A stretch of DNA of 55,987 bases, from contig CANGGT010000003.1 of the NCBI GenBank assembly GCA_947453375.1, forward strand, positions 1 through 55,987, written 5' to 3'. Shown piece after piece: positions 41,301 to 49,331 of the stretch (position 1 is its first letter; each line of letters starts with the position of its first letter). A model generated the notes under the pieces. It was not told the DNA's origin and did no database searches. It saw nothing but the letters and a program-made list of their open reading frames with translations. The stretch comes from Planctomycetaceae bacterium. Lineage in GTDB: Bacteria > Planctomycetota > Planctomycetia > Pirellulales > UBA1268. A program made the translations under genes and the position numbers.

Positions 41301-41575
41301 TCGATCCTGGCGGCGAGCGCCCCGGCATCCGCGCCGCTCATCGCCACCGTGAGCGGCGTCGGTGCGGCACGGGCCTCGAGATCGGTGACGGCGGTGCGGA
41401 CGCCGAGGGCACTGGAGAGCGCGACCAGCGGATAGGTGACCATCGGGAGGAGGAGCGTGACAAACAGCGTCCTCCGGTCGCGGATGAACTCCAGCAGGTC
41501 GCGCCGGGCGATCGCCACGGCCGCACCGAGCGGGGAGTTCACGGCAGCGTCGGGCATGGAGGAAGGAGCGGTCAT
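38333..41575 (-). CDS. Fusion: NatB-like ABC permease + CPBP (CAAX/Abi) intramembrane metalloprotease + GluR0-like ligand-binding/ion-channel module
   Basis: IRDRRTLF and AIDAIAGEKERGTIETLL (NatB); EELLFRG, FAAAH and HSVHN (CPBP); SBP-M1-pore-M2-SBP at the C-terminus. ATG overlaps the upstream ATPase stop (ATGA). Confidence 0.85.
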   Translation of the reverse strand: MTAPSSMPDAAVNSPLGAAVAIARRDLLEFIRDRRTLFVTLLLPMVTYPLVALSSALGVRTAVTDLEARAAPTPLTVAMSGADAGALAARIDGVVKGGKPAGGGDASWPSSTFFLHGDVETAIAAVEDGAADVWVDAPEGIVAALDAQGTVDLDVRFPSRRAIGRSREQFEGVIRGVAETIRAGRVSRAGLPESVLRPIRLRILGETSGAPTVATEKILPALTASILVLLAVLTMTGAFYPAIDAIAGEKERGTIETLLMAPCSTGSIVFGKFLAVYAVTLATLAANCLSIALTSAVGLRFLPAGAASHLPSLGAGAVVTVIAFVGLAALAAATCLAVTTASKSGKEAQNTLTPVILLVAALAGTALVPGLRGDGPLALVPFTGQVMVARDILTGTPDNSGGGIIQALLPLLLTLLSSAVLTALLLRGTAHLLTDEEILFRGPDAAAGVLSRPAPRIVPTIPQGIIPVVVGLAALWYVQALTPENLLLGIPIHQGVAVVLPLLAMLAWQRVDVVRTLGLGVPCSAGRAVAAALGAASLGAGLFIVSAAVMLALQGTEVSPAIRSLSERLIGLIQQHPWWVSWTLMALVPPVAEELLFRGWLLSALSGERPTRRRLAVAVVVQAALFAAAHLLPERMPATFSLGIVAGVLRVATGSILPAIVLHSVHNTMPLLLLALAGGGVAEGGMEALATGASTTLPAGVLPAAFGLLALGGMLVAAATWGRRGAAVTTLLFAACLASGDGDSVSAAETLRVGVAPVGVTLGITDGKPTGPSVDMWDDMTLRLGVTTEYIIKDSLAEGLEALRRGEADLFLGPVAMTREREAEFDFTHSVFHSGLRIAVPKTDDDPYLAPLSILFTRDALQLLAGLILLTVLVGHVLWWCERGVNEKSFPRDWRRGVWEGTWWGISTLIASGCDDKHVDTVPGRILATAWMLVGTVLIALFTGSLAATLTAERIGGAIHGPRDMAGRVIGTQATGVSGPAIRARSGIPMEYRTFDEVFAAADAGEVEAIVAENQTLRHAISRPGRSNYRLVGPVFESFDFGIVVPPGSPLRERFNAVILTMKEDGAIDTIIDRWLGTSE

Positions 41576-42309
41576 TCGGGGCGGGCCTCCCCGATCGCGG
41601 CGAAGAACGCCTCCTCGAGTCCGCCCGACTGGCCCACGAACGCCTCGCGCGTCCCTGCGGCGACCACCCGGCCACCATGGATGACGACGAACCGATCGCA
41701 GCGGCTTTCGATCTCGTGGAGCCGGTGGCTGGAGAGGAGGATCGCCCGACCGTCGCCGCGGAGATCGGCGAGGAAGGCGAGCAGATCGCGGGCCCCGACG
41801 ACATCGAGCGCGTTGGTCGGTTCGTCGAGGATCAGGGCCGGCGGATCGTGGACGAGTGCCCTGCCGACGCTGACCCGCTGCCGTTGCCCCGACGAGAGCC
41901 GGCCGGCGGGGCGGTCGGCGCACCCGGCGAGGTCGAGGACGTCGATGAGTCGGGCGACCCGGGCCTCGAGGGCTTCACCGCGGAGGCCGTGGAGCGCGCC
42001 GAAGGAATGGAGAATCTCGCGGGCCGAGAGGCGGTCGGGGACGCCGGTGGTGGCCGAGACGTAGCCGAGCCGGCGGCGAGCCCCGACGGGGTCGGTGGCG
42101 ACGTCGCAGCCACCGACACGGGCCGTTCCGGAGGTCGGTGTGAGCAGCGTGGCGAGCATCCGCAGGGTCGTCGTCTTGCCCGCCCCGTTGGCGCCGAGGA
42201 GCCCGACCATCTCGCCGGCGTTCACCGCGAACGACACCCCATCGACCGCCCGCACGATCACTCCCGAGGAGGAGCGGTAGTGCTTGACGAGATCCTGCAC
42301 CTCGATCAT
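41572..42309 (-). CDS. NatA-like ABC transporter ATP-binding protein
   Basis: GANGAGKTT, LSSGQRQRV, ILDEPT and SSH; translationally coupled to the NatB-like gene. Confidence 0.9.
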   Translation of the reverse strand: MIEVQDLVKHYRSSSGVIVRAVDGVSFAVNAGEMVGLLGANGAGKTTTLRMLATLLTPTSGTARVGGCDVATDPVGARRRLGYVSATTGVPDRLSAREILHSFGALHGLRGEALEARVARLIDVLDLAGCADRPAGRLSSGQRQRVSVGRALVHDPPALILDEPTNALDVVGARDLLAFLADLRGDGRAILLSSHRLHEIESRCDRFVVIHGGRVVAAGTREAFVGQSGGLEEAFFAAIGEARPE

Positions 42310-42310
42310 C

Positions 42311-43135
42311 TCAGCTCTCCTCGCTCGGGGGGAACTGCCGCCATTCGAGGATCGCCACGGCGATGGCGAGAAACACGGCCGCGAGGATGAACACAGCGGT
42401 CACTTGGGCCCACGGGGGGCGGTCGTCGATGAGGAGCTGGAGTTCCGGGGTGACCGACCCCCGCCAGCCCATCCAGCGGACAAGGAGCGTGTGGAGGCGG
42501 AGCGAGACGGTGAGCTGGTTGACCACCGCCGGGATCAGGCCGGCAAGGTATTCCACCACGAGGGCTACCCCGACGCTGGCGACGAGCGACCGCTTGGGGA
42601 CGATCACCGCCGGGAGCGAAAAGAGCGCGGCCCGGCCGATGCACGACAGGACAACGAGGATCGCGAACGGGCTGAAGAGGCTCAAGCCTCGGTCGATCGC
42701 GCCGGTCAACAGGGCGAGGAGCAGGCCGGAGAGCGCCACCGCGCCGGTCCAGAGCACGGCAGCCAGCCATGTCCCCAGGAGCAGCGATCGCCGTCCGCCG
42801 GGGCGGACGGCGACATGGACCCAGGTGCCGCGCTCGAGCTCGTCGGCGACCGCCGGGGAGATCGTGACGAGCAGCCCGAGCATGCACACCGCCTCGGGCA
42901 CGAGCGCGTAAAGGAGGATTGCCCCGAGATCGTGCTCGAGCAAGTCGCCCCGGGCCTTCGCCGCCGCCAGGAGCACGGCGGAGGGAAAGATGACGCCGAT
43001 CGCCGCCAGGGCGAGCCGGGGGGGCGTGAGGAGCCGATCGATCTGGAAGCGGGCCACCGCCACGATCGCCGCCAGGGCGGGGAGTGGTGGCGATTCGCCC
43101 GGTTGTCGATCCGTTGAGCGGCGTTGGTCGGTCAT
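42311..43135 (-). CDS. ABC-2 type permease
   Basis: About 6 TM helices, VADELERGTW motif and operon context. Confidence 0.75.
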   Translation of the reverse strand: MTDQRRSTDRQPGESPPLPALAAIVAVARFQIDRLLTPPRLALAAIGVIFPSAVLLAAAKARGDLLEHDLGAILLYALVPEAVCMLGLLVTISPAVADELERGTWVHVAVRPGGRRSLLLGTWLAAVLWTGAVALSGLLLALLTGAIDRGLSLFSPFAILVVLSCIGRAALFSLPAVIVPKRSLVASVGVALVVEYLAGLIPAVVNQLTVSLRLHTLLVRWMGWRGSVTPELQLLIDDRPPWAQVTAVFILAAVFLAIAVAILEWRQFPPSEES

Positions 43136-44061
43136 GGCGTCACCCCACGGTGGAGCTGGACGAGCCGACCGAAGATCCCCTCGAGCGACCGGTCGCCCGG
43201 AACGAGCTCGCGGACGAGGATCCCCTCGCCGATCGCCGCCTGCCCGATCCTCTCCGCCAGGAGTCGCGGGGCCCGCGTGTCGACGACGAAGGTGTCATGG
43301 CCGACGAACCGAACCGCTTCCGCCTCGGGGCATACGCAGGCCAGCTCCGCCAGCCTCCGTGGCGCGGTCGAGACGACGCGCACCTCCGAGGGGAGCGTGT
43401 CGATGAGTTGGCGGATCTCGTGGACGGTGCCGCTGGCGACCAATCTCCCGCCGAGGATCACGGCCAGCCCCGCCTGGAGCGCCTCCACTTCATGGAGGAG
43501 ATGACTGGCCACGAGCAGGCTTCTTGACCGCGCCCAGGTGCGCACGAGCGACACGAGCTCGTGGCGGGCGACCGGATCGAGGCCGTCGAACGGCTCGTCG
43601 AGGACGAGGAGATCGGGGTCGTGGGCGATGGCGCCGGCGAGTTTCGCGCGTTGCCGCATTCCCTTCGACAGGGTCGAAAGCGGCCTTCCGGCCGCCTCGC
43701 CGAGCCCCACCTGCTCGAGGGTCCTGTTGGCCCGCTTCAGCGCCGCGACGGGGGTGAAGCCCGAGAGCTGGACGAGGTAGGTGACCCATTCCCGCGGCGT
43801 GGCGGAGCGTTCCGTGAGGTCGGAGGCAGGGCAGTAGCCGATCCGACGCAGCACCCGGGCGTTGAAGAAGGGGCGCTCCCCGAACACACGGACCTGGCCG
43901 ATCGAGGGACGGAGCTGGCCGGTGACGAGGCCGAGGAACGTCGTCTTCCCGGCGCCGTTGGGGCCGAGGAGCCCATAGGCGCCCGCGCCGAGCTCGACCG
44001 TGACATCGTTGACGCCGATGACGGAGCCGTAAAGCTTGGTGACGTGGGTCAGGGAGATCAT
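43132..44061 (-). CDS. ABC transporter ATP-binding protein
   Basis: GPNGAGKTT, LSKGMRQR, VLDEP and SH. Confidence 0.93.
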   Translation of the reverse strand: MISLTHVTKLYGSVIGVNDVTVELGAGAYGLLGPNGAGKTTFLGLVTGQLRPSIGQVRVFGERPFFNARVLRRIGYCPASDLTERSATPREWVTYLVQLSGFTPVAALKRANRTLEQVGLGEAAGRPLSTLSKGMRQRAKLAGAIAHDPDLLVLDEPFDGLDPVARHELVSLVRTWARSRSLLVASHLLHEVEALQAGLAVILGGRLVASGTVHEIRQLIDTLPSEVRVVSTAPRRLAELACVCPEAEAVRFVGHDTFVVDTRAPRLLAERIGQAAIGEGILVRELVPGDRSLEGIFGRLVQLHRGVTP

Positions 44062-44100
44062 GCTGGCGGGGCTTGGGGGGACGCGCGGGCGGGGAGCGGA

Positions 44101-45345
44101 TCAGACGCGGGCGGGGGCGTCGACACGCCACCAGAGGACGAGGGCCGAGACGATCGACACCAGTCCCAGCGAGAGCAGGGGGGGAAAGATCGCCTGCCAG
44201 CGACGCTCGATGCCGAACACCCAGGCCTGGATCACGCCGAGGGAATGATAGGGGGAGATCCAGGCCCAGCGATCGATCGTGTCGTCGAGCCCGGTGGCCC
44301 GGGAGAGCCAGCGGAACTGCATGACGTTGCGCTGCCGGCCACCTTGCGGCCCGCGCCCCTCGATGAGATCGGCGAGGCTCTCCCCGATCTCCCCCCCCGG
44401 CCCCATCGGTCGGACTTTGCTGCGGCGGGAACGTCTGGGGGCATCCTCAACCGAGAACCCACCGTCAGAAGCACGCGAGGGATCGGCGGTTTGAGCGTTC
44501 GCGCCCGCGCGGATCTCCTCGTGCGCCTGCTGCATCATGTCGGCGGTGGTCAGTGACGCGTGGGCGATCCAACAGGCGGCCCAGGTGGCAAACCAGGCGA
44601 AGCTTGCGATACGGCTCTCGGCGGTGAGCGACGAGTAGGCCAGCGCCATGAAGACCGTGGGAATGGCCAGCGCCAGGCTGGCGACGATGATCCTCACAGG
44701 CAGATCCCACGTCGTTACCGCCACCCAGATGCTCGGGCTCACCGCCACCCCCGCCACCCACAGCGCCAGCGCCGGCAGCATCGTGATCGAGGCAACGAGA
44801 AGGCCGAGAATGAGGAGTTTTCCGGCGACGTACTCGAACTTCCCCACTGGGCGCGTGAAGTAGATCAGCCAGGCCTTCGCCCGCAGATCGCGCGACACCA
44901 GCGCCGGCGCCACCAGCCCTACCACGATCGCCAGGAGGATCGCCTGAGGCGAACGCATGAAGGCGAGCATCAGCCGCGACCAGACGGCCCGGCGCGTCCG
45001 GTCGGCCTCCTCCTCGCGGGTCTCATGCGGATCGGCCGGAGCGGCGTCGGTCTGGCCGAGCGCGTCGGCGATCGCCCGTCCGAGGATCCCCACGCCGTCG
45101 ACGTTGCGGCCGACGCGGGCCCGGTCCTGGATCGACCCCAGCCGTCCCTCGTCGATCGCCTGCTCGAAGACGAAGAAGCTCCCGGCGAACACCAAGGCCG
45201 GGCTCCAGGCGAAGAACACGGCCCGGCGCAGCCAGCGGCTCGTCCACGCCAGCTTGATGCCGGTGGCGGCGATGACGAGGATCGCGGCGAGCGAGCCGGA
45301 ACGCTTCCCCTGCCAGGGGCGGTAGCCGACGTCATGGAGCGGCAT
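44101..45345 (-). CDS. ABC-2 type permease
   Basis: GYRPWQG N-terminus, LVSRDLR...IYFTRPV...YVAGK and TM helices. Confidence 0.8.
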   Translation of the reverse strand: MPLHDVGYRPWQGKRSGSLAAILVIAATGIKLAWTSRWLRRAVFFAWSPALVFAGSFFVFEQAIDEGRLGSIQDRARVGRNVDGVGILGRAIADALGQTDAAPADPHETREEEADRTRRAVWSRLMLAFMRSPQAILLAIVVGLVAPALVSRDLRAKAWLIYFTRPVGKFEYVAGKLLILGLLVASITMLPALALWVAGVAVSPSIWVAVTTWDLPVRIIVASLALAIPTVFMALAYSSLTAESRIASFAWFATWAACWIAHASLTTADMMQQAHEEIRAGANAQTADPSRASDGGFSVEDAPRRSRRSKVRPMGPGGEIGESLADLIEGRGPQGGRQRNVMQFRWLSRATGLDDTIDRWAWISPYHSLGVIQAWVFGIERRWQAIFPPLLSLGLVSIVSALVLWWRVDAPARV

Positions 45346-46390
45346 GGAGAGACTCCGGCGGGGGCGCCTGGGCGGCCTGGAGGGCCTCGAGAAACACCTC
45401 CTCGAAAGGGCGGCAGGAAGCTTTGAGCGAGCTGACCCGGATGCCGAGTTGGTTCACCTCCGACCACATGCCGGCAAGCGCCTCAGGCGCAGCGAGCTGG
45501 AGCAGGACCACCCCCTCGTGCGCCCCGTCCCCCGGCGTCACGGTCTCGACGGTGGCGGAGAATCGGCCGGCCGCTCCGGCCGCGGAGGGGAAGAGATCGA
45601 GCGGCCGGGCACGCCGGGCTGGGATCCCGCGGGCGATGAGGCGGCGGACGAACTCGTCGACCGGCCCGGTGACTTCGAGCCGCTCCTCCGGGATCGCCGG
45701 CTGGGTCAGCTCCCGGATCGAGCCGGTCAACCGCACCCGGCCTCCGGCGAGGACGATCACGCGCTCGCAGATCGATTGCACGTCGGGGAGGACATGGGTG
45801 GAGACGAGGATCGTCTTGCCGTGGTCGCGGGCGAGCGTGGTGAGCCGGCCGAGCATCGCCCGCCGCTCGATCGGATCGAGGCCGTTGGTCGGCTCGTCGA
45901 GGATCACCATCCGCGGGTCGTGGACGATTGCCGCGGCAAACGAGATCTTCTGTTTCATCCCCACCGAGAGCGTCTCCACCGGGCGGTAGCGCTCCTGGCC
46001 GGCGTCGCACCAATCAAGCACCTCGTGCGCTCGACGGAGCGATTCGATCCCGGGGATCCCGGAGAGTTGAGCCGCGTAGCGCACCATCTCCACCCCGGAG
46101 AGCCCCGGCACGGAGCATTCGTCCTCCGGGACGACGCCGACGAACCTGCGCACGGCATGGGGACTGCGGCGCGGATCGAGCCCGAACACGCGCACGCTCC
46201 CTTCGGCGAGGCGCACGAGGCCGAGGATCGCTTTGACCAGCGTGCTCTTGCCGGCCCCGTTGGGCCCGACGAGCCCGGTGATGCCCGGGTGGACGGTGAG
46301 CGACACGCGGTCGAGGACCGTGCGCTTCCCGTACCGCTTGACGATCCCCGTGGCCTGCACCGGCTCTTCCACGGACGACGATCGGCTCAT
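45332..46390 (-). CDS. ABC transporter ATP-binding protein
   Basis: GPNGAGKST, LSVGMKQK, ILDEPTNGLDP and STH. Confidence 0.93.
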   Translation of the reverse strand: MSRSSSVEEPVQATGIVKRYGKRTVLDRVSLTVHPGITGLVGPNGAGKSTLVKAILGLVRLAEGSVRVFGLDPRRSPHAVRRFVGVVPEDECSVPGLSGVEMVRYAAQLSGIPGIESLRRAHEVLDWCDAGQERYRPVETLSVGMKQKISFAAAIVHDPRMVILDEPTNGLDPIERRAMLGRLTTLARDHGKTILVSTHVLPDVQSICERVIVLAGGRVRLTGSIRELTQPAIPEERLEVTGPVDEFVRRLIARGIPARRARPLDLFPSAAGAAGRFSATVETVTPGDGAHEGVVLLQLAAPEALAGMWSEVNQLGIRVSSLKASCRPFEEVFLEALQAAQAPPPESLHAAP

Positions 46391-46452
46391 GCGTGCTGGG
46401 TACCCGGGCGAGGTCGACTCGATCCGTCTTTTGAAATCGTCCTGAGCGGGGC

Positions 46453-47013
46453 TCAGCCGTCCATCACTTCCGCTTCCTTGGTGCGGGCCAGATCCGCCAC
46501 CTTGGCCTCGTAGGTCTTGGTGAGCTCCTGCACTTCCTCCTTGGTGGAGTCGCAGTCGTCCTCGGTGAGGGTGCCGTCGGTCTTCTCGGTGTCGGCCGCC
46601 TTGTTGGCGTCGCGGCGGACGTTGCGGATCGCCACCTTCGCCTCCTCGGCGAGCTCCTTGATCCGCGACGACATCTTTTTGCGGACATCGGTCGACAGGG
46701 CGGGGATCGTGATCCGGATCACACGGCCGTCGCTCTGGGGGTTGAAGCCGAGGTCAGAGGCTTGGATAGCCTTCTCGATGTCCTTGATCGTGCCGGGATC
46801 GAAGGGGCGGACGACGATCTGGTTCGGTTCGGGGGCGCCGACGCTCGCAAGGGCTTTGATCGGCGTCGGCGATCCGTAGACCTCCACGCGGAGCGAATCG
46901 ACCAGGCCGGGATTGGCCCGTCCCGTGCGGATGCCGGTGAGTTGGTGGCGGAACACATCGACCGCCTTCTCCATCCGCTCCTCGGCGTCCAAGAGGATCT
47001 CGTCGACCGGCAT
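46453..47013 (-). CDS. frr: Ribosome recycling factor
   Basis: IRTGRANP, VYGSPTP, LGFNPQSDG and KVAIRNVRRDAN; 186 aa. Confidence 0.98.
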   Translation of the reverse strand: MPVDEILLDAEERMEKAVDVFRHQLTGIRTGRANPGLVDSLRVEVYGSPTPIKALASVGAPEPNQIVVRPFDPGTIKDIEKAIQASDLGFNPQSDGRVIRITIPALSTDVRKKMSSRIKELAEEAKVAIRNVRRDANKAADTEKTDGTLTEDDCDSTKEEVQELTKTYEAKVADLARTKEAEVMDG

Positions 47014-47255
47014 TCGGGCACACTCCTTCGTGGGTCTGTCGTCGGGCTGGCGTCGTGTCGTCGGGCCGGCCGCTGCGGCCTCGTGGGGCGGAATTGTCCC
47101 TCTCCCAGACCGACGTCACAATTCTCGCGGGGGTGGAGTTGGCACGCAAGCGGCCGGCGGCTCGCGGCCCCACGGTCCCCGACTTTGATTCCCCGGCGTG
47201 ACGTCGATCCCCCGGAGTGGGATTCCCGCCCTCCATTTCCCTCACCGAGGTTCAC

Positions 47256-49307
47256 GTGCCCATCCATCGCCCCCGCACTCTCTTCCCCCGCCGCTGGCTG
47301 GGCCTGCTCGTCCTCGTCGTTCTTGCCACGGCTGCTGCCACGGAGGCCGGGGCGATCGAGCGGCGGCTCCCCCCAAAGGCGCCTCCGCTCGCGGACCTCG
47401 TCGCCAAGCTCGATGACGCGCAGCGCCTCGCCTGGGAACGGGTGCCCGAGCGGCTCGAAGCGGTGCAGCAGCGGATCGAGCGGACTCCCTTCGCCGACGA
47501 CGGGGTGCGGGCCGAGATCGAAGTCTTCCCCAAGGCGGTGGCCTACGGAATCGAGTGTGGCGAGTGGTGGGAGCCGCAGCACCTCGAGCGGGCGACCTGG
47601 GCGCTCGACGAGGCGGAGCGCCGGCTCGACGAGCTCGCAGCGGGGCGGAAGGGCTGGCGCGAGGGGGGATTCGTGCCACTGGCCTACCGCTCCCGGATCG
47701 ACGGCTCAACGCAGCCCTACGGGATCGTCGTGCCGGAAGGACTCGACCGCTCCAAGCCGGTGCCGGTGTGGATCTGGCTCCATGGCCGGGGCGAGCGTGA
47801 CACCGATCTCCACTTCCTCTGGCAAAAGGCCCGCAAGACCGGCGAGTTTTTCCCCGACGACGCCGTCGTTCTCCATCCCTTCGGCCGCTACTGCAACGGC
47901 TGGAAGGGGCCCGGGGCGGTCGATGTCTTCGAGGCCCTCGACGCCCTCGATCGGATCATCCCGGTCGACCGGGATCGGGTGGTGCTCGCCGGCTTCTCGA
48001 TGGGGGGAGCCGGGGCGTGGGAGATCGGTGCCCGCCGCACCGACCGATTCTGCGCCGTCCATGGCGGCGCGGGCTTCGTCGACACCTCGCGCTTCATCGG
48101 CATCAAGCCGGGCGACGTGCCCCCGTGGGAGTCGCGGCTCTGGCTCCTCACCGACGTCCCTCCAGTGGCCCGCAATCTCCTCAACCTTCCGGTGATCGCC
48201 TACTCCGGCGAGAAGGACGGCCAGCGCGCTGCCAGCGAGATCATGGTGGCGACACTCGCCGCCGAGGGCCGCGAGATCCCGCACCAAATTGGCGCCGGGA
48301 TGGAGCACCGCTACGACGATCCCTCGCGCGCGGCAATCGCCGCCTTCCTCAGGCCGGCGGTCGCCGCCGGCCGGCCGCGCTCCCCCGACACCGTCCACTG
48401 GGCCGGCACGACGCTCGCCGATGGCGGGGCTTGGTGGGTCGAGCCGCTCGGCCTCGGCGAGCACTGTGCGCCCGCGCGGATCGACGCGGTCCGCGACTGG
48501 AAAAGGGCGAGCGTTTGGGTCGAGACGGCCAACGTCACCGTCGTGCATCTCCGCGACATCCCCGCGCCCTGCCGGATCGAGATCGACGGCACCCCGATCG
48601 GGTACCCCGCAAGCCCCGACCCGGAGGGCGACACCGGGGCCGTGGTCCTGGCCCGCGCGGGGCTCGCTCCCGACGGCGCGTGGGGCATCGTCGACTCTGC
48701 CACGCTTCCGCTCCATCGCAAGCGGCCCGGGCTCACCGGCCCGATCGACGAGGCCTTCGACGCCCCGTTTGTCGTCGTGCCGCCGGCTGGGCCCGGCCTC
48801 TCCCCTGCGGTCGACCGGTTCGTGGCGGAGGAGTTTGCCCACCTGAAGCGCCGCTGGCACGACCTCTACCGGGGCGAATTGCCGGTCGTGGAGGCGAAGG
48901 ATGTCACCGACGAGATCCTCCGCACGAAGCACCTCGTCCTCTTCGGCGACGAGGCATCCAATCCGCTCATCGCCCGCGCCATGCCGGGATTGCCGTTGCG
49001 CTGGACGCCTGAGGGGATCGTGCTCGGTCCGGGCACCGCTGGCGAACGGCGCTTTCCCGGGGCCGGCCACGTGCCGGTCCTCATCCACCCCAATCCGCTT
49101 TCGCCTGCCGCCGCGCCGCGGTATGTCGTCCTCAACTCCGGCTTCACCTTCCGCGAGGAGCACGACGTCAACAACGCCCTCCAGAACCGGCGCCTCCCCG
49201 ACTGGGCGGTGATCGATCTGGCCGTGCCCCCCGACGGCCGCGATCCAGGTCGGATCGTCGCCGCCGATTTCTTCGACGAGGCCTGGGGGGTGAAGCGGCC
49301 GGAGTGA
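47256..49307 (+). CDS. Secreted alpha/beta-hydrolase (esterase/peptidase-like)
   Basis: Signal peptide; YRSRIDGSTQPY, WLHGRG and GFSMGG nucleophile elbow; GAGG Shine-Dalgarno before GTG 47256. Confidence 0.85.
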   Translation: MPIHRPRTLFPRRWLGLLVLVVLATAAATEAGAIERRLPPKAPPLADLVAKLDDAQRLAWERVPERLEAVQQRIERTPFADDGVRAEIEVFPKAVAYGIECGEWWEPQHLERATWALDEAERRLDELAAGRKGWREGGFVPLAYRSRIDGSTQPYGIVVPEGLDRSKPVPVWIWLHGRGERDTDLHFLWQKARKTGEFFPDDAVVLHPFGRYCNGWKGPGAVDVFEALDALDRIIPVDRDRVVLAGFSMGGAGAWEIGARRTDRFCAVHGGAGFVDTSRFIGIKPGDVPPWESRLWLLTDVPPVARNLLNLPVIAYSGEKDGQRAASEIMVATLAAEGREIPHQIGAGMEHRYDDPSRAAIAAFLRPAVAAGRPRSPDTVHWAGTTLADGGAWWVEPLGLGEHCAPARIDAVRDWKRASVWVETANVTVVHLRDIPAPCRIEIDGTPIGYPASPDPEGDTGAVVLARAGLAPDGAWGIVDSATLPLHRKRPGLTGPIDEAFDAPFVVVPPAGPGLSPAVDRFVAEEFAHLKRRWHDLYRGELPVVEAKDVTDEILRTKHLVLFGDEASNPLIARAMPGLPLRWTPEGIVLGPGTAGERRFPGAGHVPVLIHPNPLSPAAAPRYVVLNSGFTFREEHDVNNALQNRRLPDWAVIDLAVPPDGRDPGRIVAADFFDEAWGVKRPE

Positions 49308-49331
49308 ACGGGGGCCGCTCAACCCACCGGC

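Noticed and set aside
41576-41923. N-terminal extension of the 1196-aa ORF
   Set aside because: It overlaps the NatA-like gene in another frame. The ATGA coupling at 41572-41575 marks the likely start.
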